Shown one piece after another: positions 12,501 through 27,059 of a stretch of 64,000 bases of DNA. How positions within the stretch are numbered: position 1 is the first letter of the stretch; each line of letters opens with the position of its first letter. This DNA is from Octopus sinensis (Eukaryota), in the NCBI RefSeq assembly GCF_006345805.1, contig NC_043001.1:134912001-134976000 (forward strand), read 5' to 3'. The notes below the pieces were generated by a model, which made no database searches, was not told the origin of the DNA, and worked only from the letters and a program-made list of their open reading frames with translations. Both the position numbers and the translations under genes were made by a program.

Positions 12501-14182
12501 TGACAGAAGTGCCTATGATAACAAGCTGTATCAGCATTAGCTTTTTTTGTAAGACAACATTGGTGGTGTAGAGAGGGGAAGCATCTATGTTATTTCATGA
12601 AAACCTTACTCAGGCCAGCACCTTCAAAAGAAATATGTTAGGTGTAGGTATCTTAGGGCTTTCGTATGTCTTGTAAGAGATATGTGGAGGCTTTGGATAT
12701 GTAAATGCAATACCAAAATATTGTAAAAATGTTCTAACATGCTGCAGATACTACAAATTATCTGGGAATGTAAATAGAGACTGTTAGCTTATTAGAATAA
12801 AGCCTGCATTTATAACTTTACTTTAGCAATTATCTTACACTATTTATCTGTAGATTATCATGAACTAGCAGTAATACCTGTTGTTGATTGGGTAATTACT
12901 CTTACTATTTCTTGAGCTGAGAAGCTAGAAAAATGAGTATATCATATAGAAGAATAGCTTTATAGAATCCAGGTGACTGTGCGATGGCACTGAGAAGGCC
13001 ACAGGTGAAGTGGAAGACCCATTTGTCATGGTTTCTTTTGACATTTGAATAGGCCGTATGCCCAAGGAGAATTGAAAGATTCAGTTTCGAATCTGAACCA
13101 GGGTGAGACTATGACTACAGATTTAGGCTTACTCATCCTGTATGTGTGTATTAAATAAGAGAAAAACATGTAATAATTGAAAATCTCTTGTTTAGCATCT
13201 TATAGATTTTCAATGCCAATCTCATTGTTATTCAGACTTGTAAATCTTTGGATCTTGAGTAACTTGTCTTTCTCTAATTCTCATTTTATTGTTGTTGTCC
13301 GCTTTTGCAAGAAGTGTTTCTACTCTTAGTAGTTCCTTTCTTCAGACATCTGTCTTATAGAACCACTTCTAGCTGCTATGATGGATGTAATTTCAATTCT
13401 TTTAAATCTTGAGTTGATTTGTTTTTAGGGAAGATTCTCATTTGATTCTCCCCATCACCACCTTCTTTTTTGTAACTCTCAACAAACTTGAATCTTGGGG
13501 CATGTTTTATTATTGGTCACTTGCCCTTTTGGGGTGACTCCCAATGGGAATAAATAAAAATTCAAATTCATTTAATTTGTGATAAATAATAACTTGAACT
13601 ATAATTTTTTTATTATGGACTAATAGTTTTCAGTTTTTAATTTTGATGTTTGAATAACCAAATACTGATGACTGTAACAACCATTAATAATAGTTTAAAA
13701 AATTATAAAGTGATGCAAATTATGTTTACACTTATTTTCATTATTATGTTTGATAAACTTTCAAAATGAATTGTTAATACATAATTTTTGTAGGAATGCT
13801 ATAAAAAAGCTTATTGATTAAAAGAAAAAATATATAATTTATATTTATTTATTTAGGGCAAATGAAATATACAAATAAAAGAAGCAAGTTTATTTGTTAT
13901 TGTGTTACAAAAGAATAAACAGCTCTTTTTCCTAAATCAATATCTTGACATTTTCAAAGCTATTTACAACAAGCTATATTGATACATTCTTAATTTATGT
14001 ATAATTACTTTCGGTTTTCAATGTAAGGAATTTCATTTCAATCATAAGTGGAACCAGCACAGTTTTTGCCAAGCTTTCCTTCATTCATTGGCATCGATAT
14101 TTTTACATAAAATATTTGAAATTGATTTCTTTACTTGTTTTTTTTTCTGCATTTTATCTATTTAACATGTTCTATTCTTCAG

Positions 14183-14243
14183 GAATGTTGCACAAGAATC
14201 AGGAAACAGAAACGTAACCAGTAGCAACAGTGAAACTGTGTAG
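14183..14243 (+). CDS. Candidate terminal coding exon (NVAQESGNRNVTSSNSETV*)
   Basis: Long pyrimidine tract ending TCTATTCTTCAG|G; open frame to TAG in phase 2; AT-rich sequence follows. No homology recognised. Confidence 0.2.
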
Positions 14244-16136
14244 CAATTAAAAGTACTTTTATCTAAATTGCTCTTTCAAACTAAAGGATAATTTAAGAAA
14301 ATGCTGACAAGCTTTTAAGCTTTTAAATATTTAAATATTCTATGAAATTAAATTATGCATGAAACAGAGAATTGATTTTAACAATTCTAAGCTTCAATAC
14401 TATAATACATTTCAGGAAACAAAGGAACAATTTCAGAATTTTAAACCACAAATTATGTAGTATAAAAATTTTGTCTTGTAATCATTCTTTATCTCCAGTT
14501 CTGTCTATCTGCCATTTCCTTCTTTCACTCCCTTGTATCCCTGACTTTTGACTTTCTCAACACCATCTATTCTCTCAGACTTTTCTATAATTCCTTCCCA
14601 TTTATGTCTCAAATGACATTACTTCTTCTCTTTTCTTTTTACAGCCAACTTTCCTCATAGCAATACAACATATTGAATTTTCTTATATGATATAAAGATA
14701 AAAGATTATATCAAAGTATATAAAGTCAACTGATTAAACTAAGTTAAGTCTACCATGGAATATTGTGGTGTTTGAGGATCAATTTCTCAAACTGCTCTTC
14801 AACTACTATTCAAGGTTCACTCTACTGATATCATTTTCACAATGAAATATTAATCCTATTCATTTTCCCTTCTTTCTTGACATGGGTCCGCAGACAATAA
14901 ATGAAGAGTTACTATTCATACAAACGGTCTTGTTTGTTTGGTATCTTCTATGAAAGCATGTCTGGGTTGTTTGTTATCTGATAGACTCAGGGAAACAGGC
15001 GAGGGTTGGCAACAGGCGGTATCTGGCCAAAGAAAAAAACTACCTCAATAAAATCTCATCCGACTTGTGTAAGCACGAAAAAGTAGATGTAAAATGATGA
15101 TGAGGATGATGATGTTGATTATTTTGTAACCCAACTTATACTGAGGCAGTACTTTTTAAATGATCCAAGCAACATTATAAAAAGTATACAAGTTAAAGAA
15201 TAACATTTAGTATCTTGTACCTTCAATATATTTACTTAGTATGTCTCTCAATTTTGTTCATAAATGCATTTAAAGGATCTTCATAACCAACAAACTGGTT
15301 TGGATTGACTGGAAAATGTCACCTTGCTTAATGTATTCTTGATAACTTGATATCTTTAAGTGACTCCTTTTCATTTTAATAACAATAAAACTGTTATATT
15401 ATTGATAAAAAAAAAACTGAAGGTATCAACATTTTAAAATATTTTTTAAAAATGTATAGTTCAAAGAGAAAACTAAAAATACATAAAATTGTATAACTAC
15501 CAATATTTGCTAAACTGGTGCCATCACTTCTGTGGGTCTCCTTGAATCCCATATTTATTTTACTTTTCTCATGTGAATTTTACCATAAGTGAAATTATAT
15601 CCTAAGTAGTTTTCAATTGTCAATCATGTCATTAAAGTACTTTAGTTAAATACTTTCTAAAACCTTGATAAATTCATAATATTAGTATTTATCATTGTTT
15701 TTTTTTTATATAATTTTGAAATGTTAATCCTTTCAGTTATACATGCAAATACAAACATAATGACAAGTATATTCAACTTTGAGATGAAGTACCTAAAACA
15801 TACATATTAAGTACTAGAATAGAGCATCTTTAAAAATACTTAAGTGAAGTAGTTAAAAGAGCCCCGTTTGTTGTTAGTATACAAAGAAAAAGATCTCAGG
15901 CTGTTACAAGAAAGAGTATTGAGGAGAAATAAAAGTAGTTAGATCTCATAATCCATTGAGTTGTTGGATTATCACTAGAGAATTTATTTTCATGTTGTGA
16001 CTCAAAGAGAGGATACACTGGGCATAGTCCACAGTATTGATCTGAGTGCACTATTGCAAATTAGTAAGACAATTTTATGGTGCTTCACTACTTCTCTACT
16101 GTAGTAAGCTGTATCTTTACATGGTATTGATTAATT

Positions 16137-16392
16137 GGTGAGCTGGCAGAATCGTGAAGGCAGCGAGCTGGCAGAATCATTAGCACGCCGGGCGAAATGC
16201 ATAGCCGTATTTCGTCTGCTGTTACGTTCTGAGTTCAAATTCCGCCGAGGTTGACTTTGCCTTTCATCCTTTCGGGGTCGATAAATTAAGTACCAGTTAT
16301 GCACTGGGGTCGATGTGATCGACTTAATCCGTTTGTCTGTCCTTGTTTGTCCTCTCTGTGTTTAGCCCTTTGTGGGTAGTAAAGAAATAGGT
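16137..16392 (+). mobile_element. SINE family C (GGCGGCGAGCTGGCAGAA head), with duplicated head
   Basis: B-box-like GAGTTCAAATTCC; TSD GGTATTGATTAAT; matches the copies at 20.7, 32.6, 45.9, 58.7 and 60.3 kb. Confidence 0.9.
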
Positions 16393-16924
16393 ATTGATTA
16401 ATCTAGAGCAAGGTGATCTGAGATATTGAAAGTTAAGTAACATTTGTATGGATACAATGCAATATTAATAGATTAAGAATGATCAACCATTTGGTAGGCT
16501 GGCAGCCTATCATTCTGGCCAGCTGTGACTCTCATGAAAGAAACAGGCTTAATGAATAGATATTTTTCTGTATTAAAGAATATAAAGAGAATTAGTTAAG
16601 CATAACTCTCAATTATTATTTTAGCCTAATAATTTCTTTCTGGGGAGTGTAAATGACAAAACTGTCAAGGAATTTAATAAAAAACGTTTCTTTGAACTTG
16701 TTAGAATACAGTTTTAGATGATTTTCAAAACTGATACTTCATCTTATTTTTTTCCTTCAATATATCTAAAACATCAAGTTTAGTACCAAAGAAATTAACC
16801 GGGTATCAAAATCTAACATACTTCTTATTTATATTTATTAATAAGAAAAGAAGAGATTTATTATAGGTGTATATATATATATTGTCAATGGAATATAAAA
16901 AATTAAAAGTTACAATAAATATTG

Positions 16925-17270
16925 TTTCGAATTGAACCAGCCAGGATCCCTGGTCTGGTGGTATGTAAAAAGCACTATCCGACTCGTGGCCGATGCCAGC
17001 GCCGCCTCGACTGGCCTCCGTGCCGGTGGTATGTAAAATACACCAATCCGACCGTGGCCATTGCCAGCCTCGCCTGGCACCTGTGCCGGTGGCACGTAAA
17101 AAGCACCCACTACACTCACGGAGTGGTTGGCGTTAGGAAGGGCATCCAGCTGTAGAAACCTTGCCAGATAAGACTGGAGTCTGGTGCAGCTTCCTGGCTT
17201 CCCAGATCCCCGGTCGAACTGTCCAACCCATGCTAGCATGGAGAACGGACGTTAAACGATGATGATGATG
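16925..17270 (+). mobile_element. SINE family D
   Basis: 2 internal units, GGAAGGGCATCC motif, (GAT)n tail. Confidence 0.9.
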
Positions 17271-19098
17271 AAATGAAGAATCTTGTATGAAACAATAAGA
17301 GAGTGGATTGAAGAAATCTGGAGCAAACTGAGAAAATAAATATCTGACAAAGAATAGGCACGAAATAGGATCATTAACAGATTTAATAAATATAACGATA
17401 ATTATTTACATTAGGTAAAAGCCCAATTTGTTTGAAAGACGAAAATAGTGAAATATTTTCCGATATATATCTTATCAAGCTATAAAGATTGAAAGACTAA
17501 GGTGAACTTGATGGAGGGTTCAACACCAAAATAAGAGACTTTTAATTATTTGGTAGTTTTACAAATACAGATTTCTGATATCAGCACAAGACAAAATAAT
17601 TCTAGAAGAAGATTATAATTAATTGAATTGACCCTGGTACATGCCTGGTACTTATTTTCTGGTGGGATGGATGAGAAAGTCATTCTTAGTAAAACTAAAT
17701 ACTGTAAGGCCATCACAACAATTCTCCTTAGTATTATATACAAATACAAATAGCATACAATTTCAATACATACAATAATACAACACAAGATATTATTTAA
17801 AATTATTTTCTAGTATACAAAAGGAAGAATAAAGATAAGAAAATATTCTTCTGCTAAGTCATTCTAAATTTACAATGGTTCTTTTTCAGTTTTAGGACCT
17901 TTCACTTAAATATTTCAAAATTATTATAAGTTCTAAAGAATGCCCAATCATTTACATTTGATATGGAAAATCTTAAACAGAAAAATAAACCTTTTGTAAA
18001 AAAATACAAACAAAAATTGCATATTCTGATGTAGACATTTTGTTATCATTGAACAAAAAAAAACAAAAACACCTAAATATACACAAACTCTTGCTCTATT
18101 TGGAGAATAAGTAAAAGGCACTTATTGGGAAAGATATCTGTGATAGACTTGTCTCTTATACAGGAAGATATTGTCACAACCCTCTGAATTTTAGTAGTTT
18201 CGAGGTAATGAGAGGGTCTCTATACAATCACTAAGTTGGAGTCTGAAGAATAATGACTTCAGCAGTCTATGATAGAATTAAATATTTTTACTACTGAAGA
18301 GCATTGTACCATTTCAGTTATAGAATAAGGATCTGAACAGTCCAGGTGGAATTTGGAAATAACATTTACTGGCAAAGAGACTAAAAGAAAACTCACAAAA
18401 AATTACTGGAACTGGAGAAATATTAAGATTGAAACTGATAACATAAACCCTCTTTGACAGAATACAATTTGAAAATCTGCCTTTATTTTCTGAATTTTGC
18501 AGGTTTGATATAGTATATCATCAATTGTACATATATAATTATTTGTACATATCTAGTCAATACATAAAAACACATTTTTTATAAAACTTATCCAAGTTCT
18601 TCTAGATTTATATGGTTCTTTTGTATAAAACATGTTTTTACTAGAATTCAAAGTTTTGCCTGACACCTATTCAGCCAGAAGTTGTCAGGTGAAACTTAAA
18701 GTCCCAGTCAAAATGAATTTTATATTAAATTTGGATCTATTTTCAGTATTGAATCTCACCATCAATAAATGTTTTGTTGTTATTCTTAAATTTATTTTAC
18801 TAATAACCTTAAATTAACATTACAGTTCTTAAGTATTAAGACCAATTTTTCATGTTTAAAACAACAGTTGTTTATATGAATAATGTATCTTAAGCATTTT
18901 AAGAAGATGCACATGGATAAGTTTTAAATATCTATTCTACATAAGAGAGTAAATTATTCCAAAATACAAAACATTATCTGAAGATAGTCAACAACAGTTG
19001 AATGTATTTTAATTCTTAGTACAAGTGATATTCACCACTGTCACTAAATCCTGAATGGCATTCAAATAGCATTGTTGTTTGGGGGCCAAAAATGAGAA

Positions 19099-19327
19099 TT
19101 AACCCCCCTTAGTGTTCAGATTATTCAATCAAACATAATGCTTATTGATTCCCATTGATTTGAATTAATCATGCATTATCTCATATCTTCAAGATCTTGA
19201 TGGTGTAATTACTTAATGTAGAATAACATTGTAGGGTAAGTGTGAGAGCCTGGATCTGGTCAGTTTGAACATAAAACAGATTAACTATTTTGGCCGGATA
19301 TGGCCGGTTTAAATACTAAAGGGTTAA
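19099..19327 (+). mobile_element. piggyBac-type MITE, family 1
   Basis: TTAA flanks, CCC..TTAGT / ACTAAAGGG termini; six copies in the window. Confidence 0.9.
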
Positions 19328-20703
19328 GCATTCTTCTGTGTGAGAAACAAAGCTTAGTTTTATTTCAGAAAGAACTGCCAAAAGATTTCCTCTTTGCATC
19401 ATATGTGCTTATTTTTTTGTGTTTTATTGAATGAATTTCTTCAGATTTTTCTTCTTTTAATTGTTGAGCACAATGACCGTTAAGTGCTGATGTAGAATTT
19501 GATGATATCAATATTTTATTTATCATTATTTATCTACTCATGATTTAATTAGAGAAAGAGAACTTGGTCTTGGATAAAATATTTACAGTGATATTTCAGT
19601 GTCATCTATAAACACCACCTAAGTGATAATGAGATTAACTAATTTTGAGCTGGAGGGGAGTTATATTGTTGATATTACAGCCATGCTTTCAGGAGTGAAT
19701 GGTAAGGATTAAACCTGCCCACCTAAAAAAACCAAAAAAACCCCTCTATTTTAAATGTAGAGTCTTTGCATATTGGTGTCTTTATGAAGAGTGTAATTAT
19801 TTTAGTAAAAATATAAATGAGCTTAAAATAACAAAAGAAATATTTAATTCCTTTTTATTTCCCTCCATTAGTAACACAATATACTAATGTTTGTGACAAT
19901 TGTGAAATTAGCAACAATGATTGAGATTAAGTGTTAGAAATAGAAGAGTATTGGATTAAATGGCAATATTTAGTCTTGTTCCTCTCTGTCCTAAGTGCAA
20001 GTTTTGCTGGGATTGACCTTGCTTTTCACTTTTTTTCAAAACATTAAAATAAACGAGAGAACTGATTTAATCAATTTCCTTAGTACAAATTGTAACGTTA
20101 GGTTTTTGGAGTTACTTTGACTTTATGAACATATAGGGTTACTGAATTTACTGACCGACAAATAAACTCTGTTGAAGATATTCTTTTCTACTCTAGGCAC
20201 AAGGCCTGAAATTTTGGGGGAGGGGGGGCAGTCAATTAGATCAACTCCAGTATGCAACTGGTACTTAATTTATCGGCCCCCAAAAGGATGAAAGGCAAAG
20301 TTGACCTCGTAAAGACAGACGAAATACCGCTAAGCATTTTACCCAGTGTGCTAACGTTTCTGCAAGCTCACTGTCTTGAAGATATTGAAGTATATGAAAG
20401 ATTGCAGGAAGCTAAGCTTAATAAAGGACATGGTACAGAGGCATGATGAGTGATAGCACATGGGGTTGTAGATGACAAATCTTCAAGTACAAACTTGGTC
20501 AAATGATCATCAAAATGGTGGTGATGCTGATTGGGATGTATAGCTATATTGGGTATGTTGCCCATTTTATTTTCCAGTTTCTATCTCTATCTATTGCGAT
20601 TTTTGCAACCATCTCACCTAATCACGGTAGGTGTTGAAGAATTGCATTTAGTTTGCATCTGTCCCCCATCACTACTTCACATATGACTTGTTATTGACAT
20701 TTA

Positions 20704-20935
20704 CCTATTTCTTTACTACCCACAAGGGGCTAAACACAGAGGGGACAAACAAGGACAGACATAGGTATTGAGTCGATTACATCGACCCCAGTGCGAAACT
20801 GGTACTTAATTTACCGACCCCGAGAGGATGAAAGGCAAAGTGGACCTCGGCGGAATTTGAACTTACAACGTAACAACAGACGAAATACCGCTAAGCATTT
20901 TGCCCGGCGTGCTAACGTTTCTGCCAGCTCGCCGC
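20704..20935 (-). mobile_element. SINE family C
   Basis: Full body; flanking duplication GTTATTGACATTTACC. Confidence 0.9.
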
Positions 20936-21493
20936 CCAAAGTGGTTATTGACATTTACCACTCACCAATTTCCATCACTGTTGCCACCCTCATTTGGTCT
21001 CTTTCAACCATTTTTATTGTGAACCTATTGTGCTGCTCATGCTGTTATTCTAGCCAATCTCCTTACCATCAACCAACATGTCTCTCACATTACTCCTTCT
21101 CCGCTCCAACCATTCTGTTTCACCCCCACACTCTCTCTTCTGTTACCTTCATAGTCACCTTTATTCACTCTTTTGGTCAGGTTTACATTGAAAGTGTAAA
21201 GGTAACATAAAAGCAGAGACGACTTTTTAGTAAGGAAACTGTCTCTCATTTTAGTGTTGGTGCCACAGTAAAACACACCCAGTATGCACAAAAGTGGCTG
21301 GTGATAAATGTTGGATCCAGCCATAGAAACCATACAAAGATGGAATATACAAGCATGGTTCTTGTTCCCCATCAGAACTGAATTGGACAATGACAATTTG
21401 TTCAGCTCAAGAAAACATTTTGATACTCTTTAACATCACTTTGTTTCTAATCCATGGTATTGTATAGCAGGAATCTTCCAACAGGATAAACAT

Positions 21494-21719
21494 TTAACCC
21501 TTTAGTGTTCACATTATTCTACCAATATTGATGCTTTTTCATCCACTTTGTTTTGAACTAATCAGGAATTATCTTGGTGTTAGATTTTGATGACGTAGCT
21601 GTTAATTTTTAAAACGATATTGTAGGGTTGGTGTGAGAGACCTGACCTGGCCATGCTGAACATAAAACAAGCAGAATACTTTTGGCCGGATATGGCCGGT
21701 TTAAATGCTAAAGGGTTAA
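21494..21719 (+). mobile_element. piggyBac-type MITE, family 1 (diverged)
   Basis: TTAA|CCCTTTAG...CTAAAGGG|TTAA. Confidence 0.85.
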
Positions 21720-21842
21720 GTCTGAACATATGCATATTTCCTATTGCTAACTGGAGAATTTTCACAGTATCTGCTTCATTCTTTAGAAGATTTTTTTATA
21801 AAGTAATTCTTGCATTTCTAATTGCACTAATTATAGCAATGA

Positions 21843-21898
21843 TTATGTTATCAAAGGCCTCTGTCAATCAGGTTTGACAGAGGCCTTTGATAACATAA
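21843..21898. repeat. Perfect 25-bp-arm hairpin, 6-nt loop
   Basis: TTATGTTATCAAAGGCCTCTGTCAA-TCAGGT-TTGACAGAGGCCTTTGATAACATAA. Confidence 0.95.
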
Positions 21899-22809
21899 CA
21901 AAACGTATTTGCACCTGGAAGATTTCCCTTCAGGATACATAGTTGGGAAAAGTGGTTTTTGAGAAGACCAACACTTGCCCACATAACAAATCTCCTTTTA
22001 CCATGTCCTCAATGTTGTCCAAAAAAATAGGCAAAGTGGGACAAAGCATGGGACTGGTGTCCTCTAGGCAAACTTAGAAAGCAGAGCAAGGACAGGTACT
22101 CTTATGCATTTCAACCAATGCTCAACATTTCTGAAAATCCACCACACTCTACTCGTACCTTATTTTATTATCCACAAAGTGATGGAAGGCAAATGAATAT
22201 AAAGAGCAGAAACATACTCCGAAAACAAAAAAGGCAAACAAACAAAAGTAACCACATACACAGCATTTTGTTGAACACTGATGATTCAATCAATCAACCA
22301 CCTCCAGGGATTATATTTCATCTATTCTTCCCATATATATATTGATCCGATTCACTAATATTTTAAGTTTCGAAAAACTAAATAAACAAAGAACTAAAAT
22401 TGACAGTTTCAAAATCAATAGTGAAGTGAAGAGTACAACAACGACAACAAACAAACAAAAAAGCTAAATGTACCATTTATGAACTTTGGGTTATAGATGT
22501 GTGTGAGAGAGAGAGAGAGAAGAAATGAAGCAACTAAGAAACGAAGCAAATGAATGGATGGAGCAGAAACAGTTCGTTCATTGCTGATTCATCTTTATAT
22601 GTAAATTCTCTCACAATTACAATGTAAGAGAGTTAAATGTCATTGTATACATTGTGCTTGTGATAGAGAAATGATAATTTATTACAAACCACTGAGTACA
22701 GCTCACACAAAACACTGACCAACGTACTTCCTACATGTTATTCACCTAAACAATGACATTTGAAAAATTACTCGTTCTGTTATCTTCTTATACTGAAGAT
22801 TTTTCAAGT

Positions 22810-23220
22810 TACTCTCTCTTTTACCCTTTTTACTCTTTTACTCTTTTACTTGTTTCAGTCATTTGACTGCGGCCATGCTGGAGCACCGCCTTTAGTCGAG
22901 CAACTCGACCCTGAGACTTATTCTTTTTGTAAGCCCAGTACTTATTCTATCGGTCTCTTTTTGCCGAACCGCTAAGTGACGGGGACGTAAACACACCAGC
23001 ATCGGTTGTCAAGCAATGCTAGGGGAACAAACACAAACACATACATACATATATATATATATATACGACAGGCTTCTTTCAGTTTCTGTCTACCAAATCC
23101 ACTCACAAGGCATTGGTTGGCCCGGGGCTATAGCAGAAGACACTTGCCCAAGATGCCACGCAGTGGGACTGAACCCGGAACCATGTGGTTGGTTAGCAAG
23201 CTACTTAACACACAGCCACT
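22810..23220 (-). mobile_element. tRNA-derived SINE family A
   Basis: Head AGTGGCTGTGTG.TAAGTAGCTTGCT...GGTTCAGTCCC, internal (TA)n, (GAGTAAAA)n tail. Confidence 0.92.
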
Positions 23221-23474
23221 ATATTTTGTAAATTTTAATTCATCCTTATTATCATTTAATGGCCATCTTCCATCCTGGAATGGTTTGGGTAGTTTGACAG
23301 GATTCAATGAGTTGGAGGAAGGCATTGAGCTCCAATGTTTGCTTTGGCATGGTTTATATGGCTGAATGTCCATCCTCACCAACCAGTTTATAGGGTGTAC
23401 TGGGTGCTTTTGTTCATGACACTGGCACAAAGGAGATGTTCAACAATGGGGTTCTTGTAGAAAGAGAAGTGGCT

Positions 23475-23701
23475 TTAACCCTTTAGTGTTCTGATTATTC
23501 TATCAAACATAATGCCTATTGATTCCCATTGATTTGAATTAATCATGCATTATCTCATATCTTCAAGATCTTGATGGTGTAATTACTTAATGTAGAATAA
23601 AATTGTAGGGTAGGTGTGAGAGCCTGGATCTGCTCAGTTTGAACATAAAACAGATTAAATATTTTGGCCGGATATGGCCGGTTTAAATACTAAAGGGTTA
23701 A
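23475..23701 (+). mobile_element. piggyBac-type MITE, family 1
   Basis: TTAA TSD and CCCTTTAGT termini. Confidence 0.92.
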
Positions 23702-25399
23702 GCTAGGTGACAAGGGGCTAAAGTAGGATACAAGGATAGGCACTGGCATTTTGTTATAGAGGAGGTAGATGGCTAATCATTAGTATAAAAGGGTAGGTGG
23801 GAGTATCGAGAAAGAAAATGGAAGTGATGAGGTGTCAGAGCATAGTCTCAAGGTACAAGAAGGTGAGCATAAGAGAGAATATGGACAGAAGATCAGGAAG
23901 GGTTGGTGGATAATTCATAAGAGTGTGAGGAGAGTTTCAGATGCTTAAAAATTGGGGTAGAGGTGAAAGAAACTGGTGTGTTAGAAGAGAGGGGGTGATA
24001 AGTGGAAGCACAGGAAACATGGAGAGTAGCAGTATGATAAACACGTAGACAGATCACAAAATTGAAGATGATGAGTGAGGTGGGAGAGTGAGGGGGGAGT
24101 AAAAGAGACAGGGATACACTGTCACAGAAACAGATGTCAGATGTAGGTAAAGGTGAATATAGTGAGCAGGGGACAAAGTTGGGTTGGGGAGGCCACCGAT
24201 GGCAGATATGAAAGGGTGTTAATAATGATACTAGAAATGAGAGGATGTTAACAATGTATAGTAGACCCAAGATGTAGTCCAGAGAAGAGGGATAGATAAC
24301 TGGAGGCACAGAAAGGTGTGATTGGTGGAAAAAATCCTCTTTAAATGAAAGTTGCTTTCTGTACATTAGTTATTGGACACCAGAGAAAAATCAGAAGATC
24401 AGACATTTGAGTTGAGTTTGCACACACAAAAAATCTGCTTAAGAAAAGATGTCTTGTCTGCTTATAATCTTTAATCTAAAATGCTTGCTGGAAATGGAAA
24501 GAGAAACAATTTAAGAGAGAAGCTGCTAGATACAGTAACTAATGAATAAATGAATGACCTTTAATACATTATTAAGAGTACAAGAAAAAGTCAATCTAAT
24601 TAATTTCATTATCATAATCATCATCAGCAACAGTCTAATTTTGTATTATGGCATAAGTTGTATTGATCTGAAGGAAAGCTTTCGCCCACCTATATAGGTC
24701 ATATTTCTTCCTTAATATGTAATACACTATTTAGATGAATCATAACTACTTTCTTTCAAGTTATTCTTCATTCATCCTTACTGCAGCTGTAGCTGCTGAA
24801 ACCTCTCACTTCACAAGCCTTAACTACCACTTTATGTAGTTGATTCTCATTCAGTTCTTTGGGAGAAGTTTTCATTCCTTCTATAGCCAGGCAAAACACC
24901 AAACTACTGCAGTAAAGATCATATGTTCTATGTTAGACAGAGAAAGAGGATCCATTGATTATCAGTTTTATTATTGCTCTACACACGATTTTCAACTGTT
25001 GGCCTTACTATCACATTCACCTGTTCTGGTGCATATGGTTTAGTGCCAGGGTAGCTTTGCTTGAGTAGACCAATGATCAAAGGAGTTCCATGCATGGACA
25101 TCCTGTCTTTTTATACATCCAACAAAACTATCCAAAGTATTCTTCATTTTTAAGATAGTAAGGTGTGCTTTGTTGGAAATTTGGCTGCTATTTCTATTAG
25201 GTCAAATGGTTAAGTAGAGGCTTCTTTGTTAACTTGCCTCTGGCACTTTTTAGATTAAGCCATCTAAGAGGACTTAATAATTGAAACACACCATTACACC
25301 AAGTCATATCTTCAATGATGCTTCATATAGGCAATTCAAGCAGCCACTGAAATCTAAGAAGCTGTTCACTGATGGCTGTTCTCTCAACACAACAAATGG

Positions 25400-25990
25400 A
25401 TTAGTTCTCAAGAGACCACGACAATTTGGTATCACAATAAGCATAAAGAAAATGAAAATGATGTACCAGTCTGCCCCCAGAATTTCCTATAGAGAACTCA
25501 AGGTCACTATAAATGGGCAAAAACTATAGGCAGCACATTTTCTGCAGTGAATTTTGATGAAAAGGTCAACTGCAGGATTTCCAACTACAACAATGACTTC
25601 TGCAGACTGTAGTGTAGGAGTGAAGAAGAATCATCCTCCTTCCAAAACTGAAATTCTAATACACCTTTCAGTATACTAAGCAGTTAATAGGAGACATTTT
25701 GTACTTTCACCACATCTGTATACTTTCTTGTAGAATGGTCAGGTATTATAAGTTGAACATATTAGTAACATGCCACACCAAAACATCCCAAAGGATATTG
25801 TTAGGAGGCAAAATAAAGGATCGAAGGATTATTCAAAAGCATCTCTAAAGCATTCAATATAGTGGTTGACTTCTGAGAGCTGCTGGCCTGGTGCCTACAC
25901 GCTTGAAAACAAAAGAACAGCTGTGGCTGAGAGGAAACACTGACTATGCAAAGTTATAGCTGCTGTTACTCAAAGTGCTGCACTTTTTTG
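25400..25990 (+). pseudogene. Decayed RTE-clade LINE reverse transcriptase fragment
   Basis: QFGITISIKKMKMMYQSAPRISYRELKVTINGQKL resembles the RTE/BovB-type FGLTISxKKTEVMxQPAPGxxYxEPxITVNG motif; many stops and indels follow. Confidence 0.75.
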
Positions 25991-27059
25991 TATGCCCCCT
26001 AATAAGTAGGAGAGAATTCTAAGATGTTAAAAGTATAAATCATAAGTAACAAAAAGCAATTCTCCTCTCAAGAACAATAAGCCGAATTATTTCATATTCT
26101 TAGAACAAGTATATTTAGAAACATTTTAAAATAATTCAATATTCTGCTATTTTGCATTGGAAAACAATTCCTAAATAAAAATTAAAAAAATATCTTTAAT
26201 ACATTTTATAACATTACACACACACATACACACATCATACAGAAGGGATTATTATCCAAGCTGTGCCCCCCTGAAGCACATCTGCAGATTCAAGCTATTG
26301 GCTGTATGTATGCAAATGTTTATTTTGGTCAAGTAATATTATTTGCAAAGTATGCTTTAAAAGACTGTGATTTACGGTATTATTTTAATACTCTGGTTGC
26401 AAATGCTTCATTACAAAATGGGAACAATATTTTATGAACATAGATATATATTAATAATAATATAAATGTAATGAATTCATAATAATATATACACACCTTT
26501 AAACTTAGTCTCAAAATAATAATATATTACTATTAATTAATATTAATATCTATGGTCATAAAATGTATAAGTTGTAAAGAAACATTTGTAACTGCAGTAT
26601 TAAAATAATACCATAAATTCTAGTTTTCCATTTTAATACACGCGCGCATGCACCCCCCCCACACGTACACACACACACACATTTTGTATTAGTGCAGACA
26701 TGTAAATAATTTATTTATTATTAAATATGATAATGTAATTATTTACATGTTTTTTGATTTATGAAGCAAATTTGTCATGATATTTGGATATTTTATCAAA
26801 AATTCATCTAAATATTTCTCAGTCATTTATGATTATATATATATGTATACACACACATACACACAGAGGTGTAACTCTGTAATTAAGAAGCATGCTTCCC
26901 AGCCATGTGGTCTCAAGTTCCATACCACTACATGGCGCCTTGGGCAAGTGTCTTCTACTATAGCCATAGGCTGGCAAAAACCTTGTGAGTTTATTTGGTA
27001 ACTTGTACGTACGTACATACATACGTACATACATACAAGCAAAATCAGCCTCTTCAAAA

